Below are positions 9,985 through 19,045 of a DNA stretch of 64,000 nucleotides, in pieces. Within the stretch, counting starts at the first letter, position 1; each line of letters starts with the position of its first letter. This stretch comes from Bacteroidales bacterium (lineage in GTDB: Bacteria; Bacteroidota; Bacteroidia; Bacteroidales; VadinHA17). The notes under the pieces are model-generated. The model was not told the DNA's origin, ran no database searches, and worked only from the letters and a program-made list of their open reading frames with translations. The position numbers were made by a program, and so were the translations under genes. Where the stretch lies: positions 117,195-181,194 of the forward strand of contig PLNT01000036.1 in assembly GCA_003141895.1 (NCBI GenBank). Direction: 5' to 3'.

Positions 9985-10566
9985 CTATTTCTCAATTTTC
10001 AAATAATTATTTTTTAACTGACTCAGGGCCCTGTAAACCCTCACCTTTATAGCCCCTTCTGTTGTATTCAGAATTTTCGCTATTTCGTTATATTTCAATT
10101 CCTGGTACCGGCATAGTATCAATAGTTCCCTGTTTTCGTCGCTTAATTTTCCCATCGCACTTTCAAGCATTTTTAATTCCTCATCTTTCTCTATTTGTGC
10201 ATCAGTAATTTGTCCTCCTTCAATTTTTTCTTCATAGTCCTTCACATCGGAGTGTGCGGGAGTTCTTTTAACTTTTCTGAAATGATCATATACTACATTT
10301 CTGGCAATATGATACATCCACATTTTAAATTCACCAAAGCCCATGAAACCTTCCGGATATTTCAGCATTCTTAAAAATATATTCTGTACCATGTCTTCAC
10401 TTAACTCTTTCTGTCGCGTCATATTAAAAAGAAATCTGAATAGCTGACGATGATATCGTTCATAAAGGAGGCCCATTTTATCAATGTCACCATTTTTTAC
10501 TTTCAGCATTAACGCATTATCCGAGAGAGTATCCAAGTTTTGTTGTTTTTGTTTTGGTTCATTCAT
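9985..10566 (-). CDS. RNA polymerase ECF-type sigma-70 factor
   Basis: 193 aa. Region 2 is LYERYHRQLFRFLFNMTRQKELSEDMVQNIFLRM. Region 4 is LSDENRELLILCRYQELKYNEIAKILNTTEGAIKVRVYRAL. Confidence 0.85.
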   Translation of the reverse strand: MNEPKQKQQNLDTLSDNALMLKVKNGDIDKMGLLYERYHRQLFRFLFNMTRQKELSEDMVQNIFLRMLKYPEGFMGFGEFKMWMYHIARNVVYDHFRKVKRTPAHSDVKDYEEKIEGGQITDAQIEKDEELKMLESAMGKLSDENRELLILCRYQELKYNEIAKILNTTEGAIKVRVYRALSQLKNNYLKIEK

Positions 10567-10695
10567 TACTGTAAACCTATGTAAAATTAAAAGGTTACAG
10601 GGAATCAGTCACTTTTTTTAAAATATGAAAAGACATTTAATCAATAGATAATAAAAAATAGAACAAAAGACTCCAGCTCTGAGTAAAAGATAGTA

Positions 10696-10785
10696 GATTC
10701 CGAGCGGAGTGAGGAATCTCCTTGGCCTAAAAGGCTGCTTTTGCGTGTATGGAGTTTAGTCCACCAAGGGGGAGAGAATTCTAGT
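10696..10785. repeat. GC-rich palindromic mosaic element (REP/BIME-like)
   Basis: The hairpins are GATTCC-gagcggagtga-GGAATC and CCTTGG...CCAAGG. They are followed by the GGGGGAGAGAATTCT module, which is also seen at 46430 and 47980. Confidence 0.7.
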
Positions 10786-10802
10786 CCTTAAGCTGATATG
10801 CT

Positions 10803-12974
10803 CTAGCTAAAATATTTATTTATTAATCCTAAAAGAACATTTTTGTTGATTGGTTTTAAAATATAGTCAGTACATCCCGCATACAGGGCCTTATCCTTCT
10901 CACCTATCAGTCCAAAGGCGGTTTGAGCTATTATGACAACATCATTATTAAATTCCCTTATCAACCGGGTTGCTTCATAACCATCCATCTCAGGCAACTT
11001 AATATCCATCAGAATGAGATCTATATCAGGATTATCATGTACGGTTTCAACAGCTTCAGTGCCAGTTGTCACTTTCAAAATCTTTTTACAAAAAGGTCCA
11101 ACGAACCTTGTAATTAATAATTCCGAAGGTTTATCATCCTCAGCAATTAATACGACCAGATTCTTAGGATTGTCCGATGTGCCATGGAGAACCTCAGAAT
11201 TGGCTTGCCTTGGCTCTGCAGGAGAATCATATGGGATATTAAAGTAGAAGTCCGAGCCTTCCCCGTATTTGCTTTTGAACCAGATTTCCCCGCCAAGCAT
11301 CTCTATATAAGCTTTCGAGATTGATAACCCCAGACCCGTTCCTTCGTAATTTCTTGTAAGTGAATCGCTGCCCTGTCTGAATCGTTCAAAAATTAATTCA
11401 TGTTGTTCATTTTTGATACCGATTCCTGTGTCTTTCACAAAAAACTCAAGAAATCCGTCTTTTTTCTCATAACCAAATTCAACCGTACCTGCCCGGGTGA
11501 ATTTGATAGCATTTTTTACCAGGTTAGTTAATATCGCATAAATCTTGTCCGGGTCGGTTCTGATTTCAGCTTCTTCAACTGATAATGCTTTACTGAAAAC
11601 CAGCCGGAGTCTTTTTGCCTCAGCCTCGGGAAGAAAAAAAGACGAAATAGATTCAATCTGTTCATTAATATTTGTGCGGGACAAATTAACCGGCATCAGT
11701 CCCGATTCAATTTTTGATATGTCAATAATGTCATTTATAATACTCAGCATGCGTTCACCACCCTCTTTAATGATCTGAAGATATGCTTTTTGTTGCTCAA
11801 CTGTTGTGCCCGGCATTTTCAGAAGTTCAGTAAATCCCAAAATTCCATTCATTGGAGTCCTTATTTCATGGCTCATATTTGCCAGAAAAGAGGATTTCAA
11901 CCTGTCACTTTCTTCTGCCCGTTCTTTGGCTCTGATCAGTTCTTTTTCTGCCTTCTTGCGGTCGCTGATGTCGTGTATGATTATAAGGTGGCTTCCAGGC
12001 TGATTTTTAATGCCCTGTTTAAAGATCCGGTAAGTTTTAATATCTTCATTTTCACCAATTTCAATCTGATCAACATAATTATTATCAATTGCTGCATTAA
12101 GTAATTGCTGGTTTGAGGCACCTGAAGAACCAGCAGAAATTCCTGTTACGTGTTTGTTCCTGATGCCGAGAATGGATTTAGCAGCTTTATTTATGTCCTG
12201 AATTCTGTTCTGAGAATCCAGCGCCAGTATCCCGTCGGGTAATATTTCAACTAGTGTCTCACGCGCAACCGGGATCAGATCGAGGAAGCGGAAATTCAGT
12301 ACTGCATATGCAGCAAGAATGCCGCTTAATGTAATACTGAAAGGAGTTAAATCAAGACCCGGAACGGGACTTTTTCCTGCAAGATAAATGACACTGACGA
12401 TCCAGGGGAAAAGGCCGCCGCTCAGGATAACCAATGCCTGCGATCGGAAAGCTTTATGCTGGTGAAAAATAAAAATCAGCAGGTAAACAGCTGCTGAAAA
12501 CAGAAGGATGTATGAGTAAACTATATATCCTATCCAGAACCATATTCCATGATAATATTCCATCAGATTTGTTGTTCCGGATATAGATGAATAGTCTGTC
12601 CAGATCAGATGATGTTTCTCATTCGTAATCACGAGAATCCAGGTAATAGCCGGAATTATGAAAAGATAAAAGATGTTTCTGGTGGATAACAGTTTTTCTT
12701 TACCGGTAAAGCGAAGAACAAAAATAAGGTAAAGCACAGGTGTTGTTAGTCCTCCGATATATTCAAGTTTTGACCATACTATTTTTTCTGAAGCTACATG
12801 CGCTGCCGTTTCGAAAATTACAAAGAAAGCTCCTGTTCCTGCTGCAATCATTAACCATGCAAGTTCTCTGGCAGCGACAACCGATCTTCTTTGCAGGGCA
12901 ATAAATGCAACGAAGAAGGATACAAGTGTTGATGCGATAAAGAATACCGAATATACTGTGAAAAGTTGGTTCAT
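10803..12974 (-). CDS. hybrid sensor histidine kinase/response regulator with N-terminal 7TM sensor and PAS domain
   Basis: The H-box is [14 protein letters not shown] and the HATPase G-boxes are DTGIGI and GTGLGLSI. The C-terminal receiver reads [15 protein letters not shown]. The start is moved to M50 ([12 protein letters not shown]) because the first 49 track codons are AT-rich, non-protein-like sequence. Confidence 0.85.
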   Translation of the reverse strand: MNQLFTVYSVFFIASTLVSFFVAFIALQRRSVVAARELAWLMIAAGTGAFFVIFETAAHVASEKIVWSKLEYIGGLTTPVLYLIFVLRFTGKEKLLSTRNIFYLFIIPAITWILVITNEKHHLIWTDYSSISGTTNLMEYYHGIWFWIGYIVYSYILLFSAAVYLLIFIFHQHKAFRSQALVILSGGLFPWIVSVIYLAGKSPVPGLDLTPFSITLSGILAAYAVLNFRFLDLIPVARETLVEILPDGILALDSQNRIQDINKAAKSILGIRNKHVTGISAGSSGASNQQLLNAAIDNNYVDQIEIGENEDIKTYRIFKQGIKNQPGSHLIIIHDISDRKKAEKELIRAKERAEESDRLKSSFLANMSHEIRTPMNGILGFTELLKMPGTTVEQQKAYLQIIKEGGERMLSIINDIIDISKIESGLMPVNLSRTNINEQIESISSFFLPEAEAKRLRLVFSKALSVEEAEIRTDPDKIYAILTNLVKNAIKFTRAGTVEFGYEKKDGFLEFFVKDTGIGIKNEQHELIFERFRQGSDSLTRNYEGTGLGLSISKAYIEMLGGEIWFKSKYGEGSDFYFNIPYDSPAEPRQANSEVLHGTSDNPKNLVVLIAEDDKPSELLITRFVGPFCKKILKVTTGTEAVETVHDNPDIDLILMDIKLPEMDGYEATRLIREFNNDVVIIAQTAFGLIGEKDKALYAGCTDYILKPINKNVLLGLINKYFS

Positions 12975-13154
12975 AAAAATTAACCTTTTATAGAGATTGA
13001 AAGGTAGGAATAATATCAAAATACAATTCATTCCAATGAAAACATATTTGTTTTGAATAACATTATTGGCATATAAATTAAACATTTTATAAATTTGTTT
13101 TGTTTTCCTGTAATTAAACATGTTTCGATTATACTATAACTAAAATTAACGGGG

Positions 13155-13432
13155 ATGAAAAAAATATCTTTAACCTTGATTGTTTTTTCACTCTGACTAC
13201 ACTGTCTATTGCTCAGCCGTTCGATGCCAAAACTGATATAACGAGTGATATTAATAAGTTGAACTTCGGGTTGACGGGAGGCGGAGGTTTTTCGCAACAG
13301 ATTAGTTCCGGAGAAATATTTATGGATATCCGGAGTGCTTACGGACTGAAAGTCATTCAGAAATTAAGTCAGAATGGAAGCAGTCATAATGGAAATCTGC
13401 TTATAGATCTGGGATATGCTCTTATGTTTTAA
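13155..13432 (+). pseudogene. remnant of a small outer-membrane beta-barrel gene (frameshifted signal peptide plus N- and C-terminal strands only)
   Basis: MKKISLTLIVFSL hits a stop. In the +2 frame it continues LTTLSIAQPFDAKTDITSDINKLNFGLTGGGGFS...NLLIDLGYALMF, with the C-terminal Phe typical of OMPs. The total is only about 90 codons. Confidence 0.35.
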
Positions 13433-13469
13433 TTATCCTTATTTTCGTCGTTGTACCTTTAATAGGAAT

Positions 13470-13504
13470 GTCCTGCGGTCTTTCGGTCTTGCAGTCCTGC
13501 AGTC
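13470..13504 (+). repeat. octamer tandem array, family A (GGTCTTGC-like)
   Basis: GTCCTGCG GTCTTTCG GTCTTGCA GTCCTGCA GTC. Confidence 0.9.
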
Positions 13505-13554
13505 AAATTTTGATTATAAAGAAAGTTTAGTTCTCTATTTATTAGAGCCTTGTC

Positions 13555-13594
13555 GGCCGTTACGCCTCTACGCCTTTAAGCCGTTGCGCCGTTA
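13555..13594 (+). repeat. octamer tandem array, family B (GCCGTTAC/GCCTTTAA)
   Basis: GGCCGTTA CGCCTCTA CGCCTTTA AGCCGTTG CGCCGTTA. The last unit overlaps the stop codon of the minus-strand gene ending at 13592. Confidence 0.9.
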
Positions 13595-14395
13595 TTTATC
13601 CCTGAAGAGCCTTACACTCAGACCATAATTCGGTTCAACCTTTTCAAGGGTTGCCGATTCGGTATATACACCAATTTTGATCTGCCAAACTTCTTTTTCA
13701 TCAACCGGAGTACTGCTCCAGTAATGAGCACATGCCCCAAGGCTGTTAAAAACTCCACGCGCATAACGTTCTCCTCCATACAGGCTGTTGAATCCGCTTT
13801 CGCCACCTGTTTTCAGCTGTTCATAGACCTTCTTACTGTCACCTCCAAGGTATGTATGTAAAGATTCCCATTCTTCTTTGGTAGGCAAATGCCATCCTTT
13901 TGGGGGTATTGTCTTTGCCGCTTCCCAATCATAAAGAAAACCGTAATTTATAAGTTTATTCTTCTTCTCATCTTCATATTCCCAGTAATTGCCCCGGGAA
14001 GGTTTTTTTGCGAGGTTTTCAGCCATGATGACATGTTCGCCTATTTTTATTACATTATGAGTTGATCCGTCACTCTCATCATAAAAGGTACCATGTCCGC
14101 AGATTTCACATATATCATTCTTCATGTGATGCATATTATGGCGTATCTGACCGCATTTAGTACATTTTTCACAGTTCTTAATCCAATTATGATGATTCTG
14201 ACGGATTTTTCCGCAAACTGAACATTTTTCACAATCGTGCGACCAGTCATGCTCTTCCTCACCAAATACCTGACCACATCTGGAACATTTTCCGCAATCA
14301 GCTGAGACCTCATGTTCAGCGTCTCTTACTTTACCACATTCGGAACACTTACACCCGTCCCACGAATGAATACCAAATTTACATTTGAATGACAT
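13592..14395 (-). CDS. FISUMP (Fibrobacter succinogenes major paralogous, TIGR02145-type) domain protein with N-terminal tandem Cys/His zinc-knuckle repeats
   Basis: The C-terminal half reads FLYDWEAAKTIPPKGWHLPTKEEWESL...GFNSLYGGERY...HYWSST...GLSVRLFRD. The N-terminal half has 4-5 repeats of H-x-W-x3-C-x-K-C-x2-C-G. No signal peptide is present. Confidence 0.7.
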   Translation of the reverse strand: MSFKCKFGIHSWDGCKCSECGKVRDAEHEVSADCGKCSRCGQVFGEEEHDWSHDCEKCSVCGKIRQNHHNWIKNCEKCTKCGQIRHNMHHMKNDICEICGHGTFYDESDGSTHNVIKIGEHVIMAENLAKKPSRGNYWEYEDEKKNKLINYGFLYDWEAAKTIPPKGWHLPTKEEWESLHTYLGGDSKKVYEQLKTGGESGFNSLYGGERYARGVFNSLGACAHYWSSTPVDEKEVWQIKIGVYTESATLEKVEPNYGLSVRLFRDK

Positions 14396-14540
14396 GTATA
14401 CCTCCTTTTAAATTATTAAACACGCCTTTTCAGGTTTAAAAATTATTGGGCAATGGATTGACCTCTGACATTCCAATAATTTTCTTTACTAATATAGAAC
14501 AGATTTTGTTCAGTTGCTAATGTTATTCACAAAAAACCGG

Positions 14541-14595
14541 TAAGCACTGCAGCTTACTTATTATTCATTTCTTTTGCTTGCACAAAAGAAATGAA
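14541..14595. other. two adjacent perfect hairpins in the tail-to-head gap
   Basis: The first is GTAAGC-actgca-GCTTAC (14541-14558). The second is TTCATTTCTTTT-gcttgcac-AAAAGAAATGAA (14564-14595, 12-bp stem). The half-site TTCATTTCTTTTGC recurs near 28210. Confidence 0.6.
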
Positions 14596-14601
14596 CAAAC
14601 C

Positions 14602-15519
14602 CTATTCAAACTCCACAGTAACACCGGTTTCCGTGAGCTGATTTATCTGTTCAATATCAACATTATTACCCGACAATTCAACATATTCGAGGTTTTTCAA
14701 TTCAAAAAGCGGAGATATATCATTTATGTAATTGTTTGATAATAACAGGTTTTTAAGTCTTTTTAAATAGCTTAATTCATCAATTATGCCAACCTGGTTG
14801 TCTGAAAGATTCAATTCTTCCAGATCGTCGAGTCCGATGAGAGGTGACAGATCACTGATCCTGTTATCTGAAACATCAATTGTTTTTGCATGGATACAGA
14901 ACTGTACACCGTCAAGATCGTTTACATCTGATGATGACAATTCTAATTCTTCAATCTCCTCCAGATAGAAGGGAGGATATTCAACATCCGGATCGCCATA
15001 TTCCCTTATTTTTATAGCATCATAAAACGTATAGCCAACCAAATCTGTATGAGTTTTGGACCTGACAGGATCAGGCGGTTCATTTACATTAATTATTGTG
15101 AAGCCCTCTTCATTCAGATCCCATTCATAAACGGGCGAATAGTCGATATCTTCATAACTTTTCAGAGAAGAGGTTATCTCCTCTATCCTTTCCAGTTTCA
15201 GTATGTGCGAATATGCCAGTAATCCATTAAAATCGTTTTGTTCTTTCAGCCGGTTTATCTCTTTGATATGGTACCCGACCCTGTCGGGATGATAAAGCAT
15301 CATTAATTTGGAAAAACCTTTGCCGTCATCAGCAATTTTTACAATTACAAAATCGCTGATTATCTCAGATATTTTTTGAAGAACTGTATATTGCTGACTC
15401 CTGAATAAATTAATCAATGTAAGAGATATGGTATTCAGATTACTGACAGAATATGCATCTGTGAGATCTTCATGTAATTCATTTATTGTCATTCTGTCTT
15501 TATTAGTTTTACTAAACAC
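14602..15519 (-). CDS. hypothetical protein with a J-domain-like HPD segment and C-terminal leucine-rich repeats
   Basis: FSKLMMLYHPDRVGY resembles J-domain helix II plus the HPD loop. The C-terminus has about 5 internalin-type 22-residue LRRs (LEELNLSDNQVGIIDELSYLKRLKNLLLSNNYINDISPLFELKNLEYVELSGNNV). Confidence 0.5.
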   Translation of the reverse strand: MFSKTNKDRMTINELHEDLTDAYSVSNLNTISLTLINLFRSQQYTVLQKISEIISDFVIVKIADDGKGFSKLMMLYHPDRVGYHIKEINRLKEQNDFNGLLAYSHILKLERIEEITSSLKSYEDIDYSPVYEWDLNEEGFTIINVNEPPDPVRSKTHTDLVGYTFYDAIKIREYGDPDVEYPPFYLEEIEELELSSSDVNDLDGVQFCIHAKTIDVSDNRISDLSPLIGLDDLEELNLSDNQVGIIDELSYLKRLKNLLLSNNYINDISPLFELKNLEYVELSGNNVDIEQINQLTETGVTVEFE

Positions 15520-15720
15520 AAAATAAACCGCAATGTTAAATAAAAATATTAAACGATGTTCTTAAGATGTTTGTATAAACCCCACCACTTTTATATTTTC
15601 AAGACCTGAAAGAAATTATTGTTAGTTAACTCTCTGATCTCAAGCCATGAAGGAGGCCTAATTTACCACCCGGCCCGAATTTAGATTTTCTGTTTGTGCA
15701 GATTTCGGTCAAAGAAGGCT

Positions 15721-15772
15721 TACCCCCCTTTAGAGCTTGCATTGAGCGGAGCGAAGTGGGGGCAGGAGGGTC
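15721..15772 (+). repeat. palindromic module TACCCCCC-TTTA-GGGGGGCAGG carrying a nested 24-nt insert
   Basis: tacccccctttag-AGCTTGCATTGAGCGGAGCGAAGT-gggggcaggagggtcgcc. Compare the uninterrupted copy at 28542-28572. Confidence 0.75.
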
Positions 15773-15776
15773 GCCA

Positions 15777-16913
15777 TTACTTATCAAAATTTATCTTCTT
15801 GAACTCAGCCAGTTTCAAAGCCTCTTTCCTGTAAGTTTTCCTTGTATGTTTTTCGTCATCGACGTTTATCCTGCTGAGTCCAAAATAAGCATAGGCTGTA
15901 TACTCATTCCCATATTTGCCAAACAATGAAAGCTCGTTGATCCCTTTATTGTAATATTGTTGGGCCAATTTATAGTCATTATATCTTTTTTCCTGCAAGA
16001 TCCCTTTTAAAATAATTAGCTGGGCCCTGATAAAATTGCTTCCATCAGTTACTGATGATTCAGAAATCAGCTTTTCAGCTTCATCATACTTCTTCATAAG
16101 CAGAAGGTTTCTTATATACATCTCAAGATAAAGCCCGTTTCTCTTATAATTCTCGTGAAGAGTCATGCAATAATAAGTGCTTTCAGGTAAATTATTTTCA
16201 AATCCCAAAAAAGTCCCGACAAGAACAATTGATGCTTCAGCTCTTAATACAATGGCACTTAATGCGGCTGTCTGTAATTGTTTTAATCCGGCATCTATAT
16301 CGCCCGGAGGAAACAGGAATACAAGTGATTTGTACACAGGATATGTTTTTGGATATTCCTCACGATAATAATTGTAAAGACCGGTAAAATAGTACAAATC
16401 TGTACAACCGGAAGTATAATCAAATGCATGCCTCAAATATTTATATGTGCTTATTGTAAGAGGTGTCACCTCCATAATGAGATCATTATTATCATAAAAC
16501 AGAAGAAGAAAACCCCTTGCGCATAAATCTGACAGCAAATATTCTGCATGGTCCTCTGGTTTCTTATTAAGTTCGGATAACCTGATGCATTCCCTCATAT
16601 CTTCTTCAAAGGATACATGAGATGGAGATGTATGAAGCAAAGGATAATTTTGCCAGTAGGTCATCATGCCATTCAGCAGGTACACGATTGGATGCTCCGG
16701 ATATAAACTTACAATCTTTGAATATACTTCCCGCGCATTATTAAACTGCAGATTATAGATGTAATCAATATCCTTTTTAACAAGTCTGAGTGTGGCAGTA
16801 TCGTGAAGTAATTGTGCATTTAAAGGTATAGTGGATAGAATTGATATCAGACAAGAGCATATCACGATGATTTTGGATCTAAAGCGCATCATTAAGGAAT
16901 CATAAGGGTGCAA
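15777..16913 (-). CDS. secreted hypothetical protein, helical/TPR-like
   Basis: 378 aa. The signal peptide is IIVICSCLISILSTIPLNAQ. It has helical-repeat composition (YYNKGINELSLFGKYGNEYTAYAYFGLSR). I recognise no specific family. Confidence 0.45.
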   Translation of the reverse strand: MHPYDSLMMRFRSKIIVICSCLISILSTIPLNAQLLHDTATLRLVKKDIDYIYNLQFNNAREVYSKIVSLYPEHPIVYLLNGMMTYWQNYPLLHTSPSHVSFEEDMRECIRLSELNKKPEDHAEYLLSDLCARGFLLLFYDNNDLIMEVTPLTISTYKYLRHAFDYTSGCTDLYYFTGLYNYYREEYPKTYPVYKSLVFLFPPGDIDAGLKQLQTAALSAIVLRAEASIVLVGTFLGFENNLPESTYYCMTLHENYKRNGLYLEMYIRNLLLMKKYDEAEKLISESSVTDGSNFIRAQLIILKGILQEKRYNDYKLAQQYYNKGINELSLFGKYGNEYTAYAYFGLSRINVDDEKHTRKTYRKEALKLAEFKKINFDK

Positions 16914-16974
16914 AGTTATTCAAATCCTGTTTAATCTCAATCAATACTGAAGTTCATAAATTCATGTTTAATGA

Positions 16975-17006
16975 GCCTTTAAGCCGTTACACCGTTACGC
17001 CTTTTT
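16975..17006 (+). repeat. octamer tandem array, family B
   Basis: GCCTTTAA GCCGTTAC ACCGTTAC GCCTTTTT. It ends 1 nt before the stop codon (17007-17009) of the minus-strand gene. Confidence 0.9.
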
Positions 17007-17546
17007 TTAGTAAAACAGCAAAAGCCCGTCAAGAAAATAAAAGATTCCGATAGCTCCTAATATAATACCGCAGATCCATACGTATTTCTTTTTCGATAGA
17101 GTTGCAATAGAGGAAAGCAGGATAGAGATCTGCAGGAAGATTACACCTATCCCGAATTTATCAGAATGTATTTTAGATTCATCCCTTAAATTTTCGAATC
17201 CTTTTGCTGTTTTACTTATATCTTCTTTCTCCGACTCATAAGTCTTAATCTTCTGGGTATAATCTGCGATCTGTCCGTTGTATTTTGCTACAAGGGCCTC
17301 ATTTCCTTTTTGTTTTTCGAGTGAGGCAACCTGAACTTCAAGATTCTCCTTTCGCGCATCGTAAAGGTCTTTTTTGATGCTCTTGGCCTGAAAGAACGCC
17401 CATTGATCACTTGCTTTTGTTTGGTTCAAAAGGCTTCTGGTACTGAATCCCCCACCTTTGAATGTTGATAATGTTGCTGCCACAGCAATCAGTATTGTTG
17501 TAATAGCCATCCAGGTAAGCCATTTTTCTTTATTTACTTCTTCCAT
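17007..17546 (-). CDS. DUF4337-like membrane protein
   Basis: The start is moved to MEEVNKEKWLTW. The motif ASDQWAFFQAKSIKKDLY plus a C-terminal TM hairpin matches my recollection of DUF4337. The upstream 22 track codons run into a repeat array. Confidence 0.6.
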   Translation of the reverse strand: MEEVNKEKWLTWMAITTILIAVAATLSTFKGGGFSTRSLLNQTKASDQWAFFQAKSIKKDLYDARKENLEVQVASLEKQKGNEALVAKYNGQIADYTQKIKTYESEKEDISKTAKGFENLRDESKIHSDKFGIGVIFLQISILLSSIATLSKKKYVWICGIILGAIGIFYFLDGLLLFY

Positions 17547-17585
17547 AATACTAAATTTAAAATTTGGGCAAAAATATAAAAAATA

Positions 17586-17610
17586 GGTGTACGGTGCGCG
17601 GTGCGTGGTC
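17586..17610. repeat. short tandem array, GGTGCGNG family
   Basis: GGTGTACG GTGCGCG GTGCGTG GTC. Confidence 0.7.
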
Positions 17611-17638
17611 AAATCATCCCATGTGAAGGTCTGAAGCT

Positions 17639-18307
17639 TTACTTTTTTCTTTTATATCCCACAGTCTGCCCAAAAAGTACATGTTGATCGACCCGCAAAT
17701 TTAGTTTTTCCTCCAAACCTGATTTATCGCAGTTATGAAACCAGGCAACCAGACCTGTTGATGCAGCAAATAAGTAAACATTCGACGCAATGAGACCTGT
17801 ATCAACATAAAAATATGATTTCTGTATTTCGGTGTTAAGTAGTCCAGGTTCCTGGTAACCCTGGGAATGGATAAGTTTGTCTATATCTGCAACATAAATC
17901 AGACGAACAGGAGCTTTGTTTCCAAAGTTAACCTGGCCCTTACCAATTACCATAGCACGAAGGTCGCCGGCAACAACAGGTATGAGGCAATGTTTAAATG
18001 GGTCGTAATAATAAGTCCCTTCCTGTAATGCAACATAAAGATCAATTTCCTGGGAGTTACTTGCGGTGGCTGCAGTCCTTCCGTGAATTCCAAACGGGCC
18101 TTTTTTACGATTTACACCACAGGCTGCCCAGAGAAGATTTGACAAAACCTGCAGAGATAATTTCTTATCACTAATTTCACGTACAGTCTTTCGAAGCTGT
18201 AATGATTTAAGAACTGATTTCCCTTTATCAGTTTCAGGTTTCATCAGTTTAATAGGTGAAAGACCTTTCGGAGAAGATATTCTTTTTTCAGCCATGCGAT
18301 TTGTCAT
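17639..18307 (-). CDS. nitroreductase family (SagB-type-like) protein
   Basis: 222 aa. It carries LSNLLWAACGVNR and a later YVDTGLIASNVYLFAAS block typical of the nitroreductase fold. Confidence 0.7.
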   Translation of the reverse strand: MTNRMAEKRISSPKGLSPIKLMKPETDKGKSVLKSLQLRKTVREISDKKLSLQVLSNLLWAACGVNRKKGPFGIHGRTAATASNSQEIDLYVALQEGTYYYDPFKHCLIPVVAGDLRAMVIGKGQVNFGNKAPVRLIYVADIDKLIHSQGYQEPGLLNTEIQKSYFYVDTGLIASNVYLFAASTGLVAWFHNCDKSGLEEKLNLRVDQHVLFGQTVGYKRKK

Positions 18308-18350
18308 TTAGAATTCTAACCGCAAATTTAGGATAAATAAGTAAAGAATT

Positions 18351-18478
18351 GTCTTGCGGTTCCCGAGTCGCTTCGCTCTCGGGATTTGGCTTCGCCGAAC
18401 TCTCCCGCTACGCGGGAGCGGTTCGTCACTTCCCCGCTTTGCGGGGCAGGCTGTTCCTCAACTTGCGGTCTTGAAGTC
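18351..18478 (+). repeat. mosaic palindromic element, long form (3 hairpin modules)
   Basis: The modules are CCCGAG-tcgcttcgc-CTCGGG, CTCCCGC-tac-GCGGGAG and CCCCGC-tttgc-GGGGC. Its outer parts match the short inverted copy at 39231-39284. Confidence 0.8.
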
Positions 18479-18494
18479 TCTACTCCGTTATGCC

Positions 18495-18851
18495 TTACTT
18501 TACACCATGTATCAGCACCTGAAAAAAATTAACATGATACCATACTTTAGCGTAGAAATAAGCAAGCGTCAGCAATGCTAATAAGAATGTAAATAATAAC
18601 CCGAAAAATTTACCGGCGACCGACTTTCCTGATTTGATTGCTTTTACAGAAATAAACTTAACCCAGCTTTCGAGTTTAATAAAAAGAGGATAAAGGATCA
18701 CAACTGTTATTGCCATTCCGAGAAATGTGAATGCAATTGGTTTATAGTGATTTTTATAACTGACCATATAATCGGTTATGGCATTTGTTATAAGATTTAC
18801 TGTAAGGATGGTGAGTGTTATAACGACAAAGCGAAAGAAATAACGGTACAT
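18495..18851 (-). CDS. small integral membrane protein (3-4 TM), unknown function
   Basis: The start is moved to MYRYFFRFVVITLTIL, because the upstream 45 track codons cover octamer repeats. The profile is hydrophobic throughout. Confidence 0.5.
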   Translation of the reverse strand: MYRYFFRFVVITLTILTVNLITNAITDYMVSYKNHYKPIAFTFLGMAITVVILYPLFIKLESWVKFISVKAIKSGKSVAGKFFGLLFTFLLALLTLAYFYAKVWYHVNFFQVLIHGVK

Positions 18852-18943
18852 AATCGGAAATATTTGTGTTGCTAAAATTATTCTTTTATATGGAAATGAC
18901 AACATAATCCGGTACGTATGCGATATTGCGGTACACAAAGTCA

Positions 18944-19014
18944 AGTCTTGCGGTCCTGCGGTACCCCACACTCCCAGGCTCTCCATTTTTTCCTTTACGC
19001 CTTTGCGCCTTTTT
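18944..19014 (+). repeat. octamer arrays: family A (18944-18966) then family B (18991-19014)
   Basis: AGTCTTGC GGTCCTGC GGTACC ... TCCTTTAC GCCTTTGC GCCTTTTT. It lies about 32 nt upstream of the start codon at 19046. Confidence 0.9.
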
Positions 19015-19045
19015 CATTATATTAGACGTTCAAACTTATCACCCA

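Noticed and set aside
12975-13121. These are N-terminal extensions of track ORFs: the histidine kinase (10803-13121), 17007-17612, 18495-18986, 18926-19384, 20438-21187, 32652-33389, 45559-46374, 49595-51379, 57724-60324 and 63557-63961.
   Set aside because: The extensions run through repeats, promoters or AT-rich non-protein-like sequence. Internal Met codons give canonical N-termini (signal peptides or conserved family starts).
13416-13628. These track ORFs are made of translated repeat arrays or mosaic elements: 13416-13628, 18354-18581, 20283-20531, 28414-28647, 30011-30214, 39023-39286, 39195-39395, 44423-44635, 46178-46378, 46314-46514 and 47855-48190.
   Set aside because: Their sequences are low-complexity peptide echoes of 8-nt periodic DNA or of palindromic modules. 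Examples are LRSCGLAVLQS, PLRLYAFKPLRR and FPSRFALGI, the last shared by two unrelated loci. They lack plausible starts and overlap repeat coordinates exactly.
13592-14395. I considered the FISUMP/C-type-lectin-like protein as the variable target of a diversity-generating retroelement.
   Set aside because: The window contains no reverse transcriptase gene, and I could not find a template-repeat copy of the 3' end.
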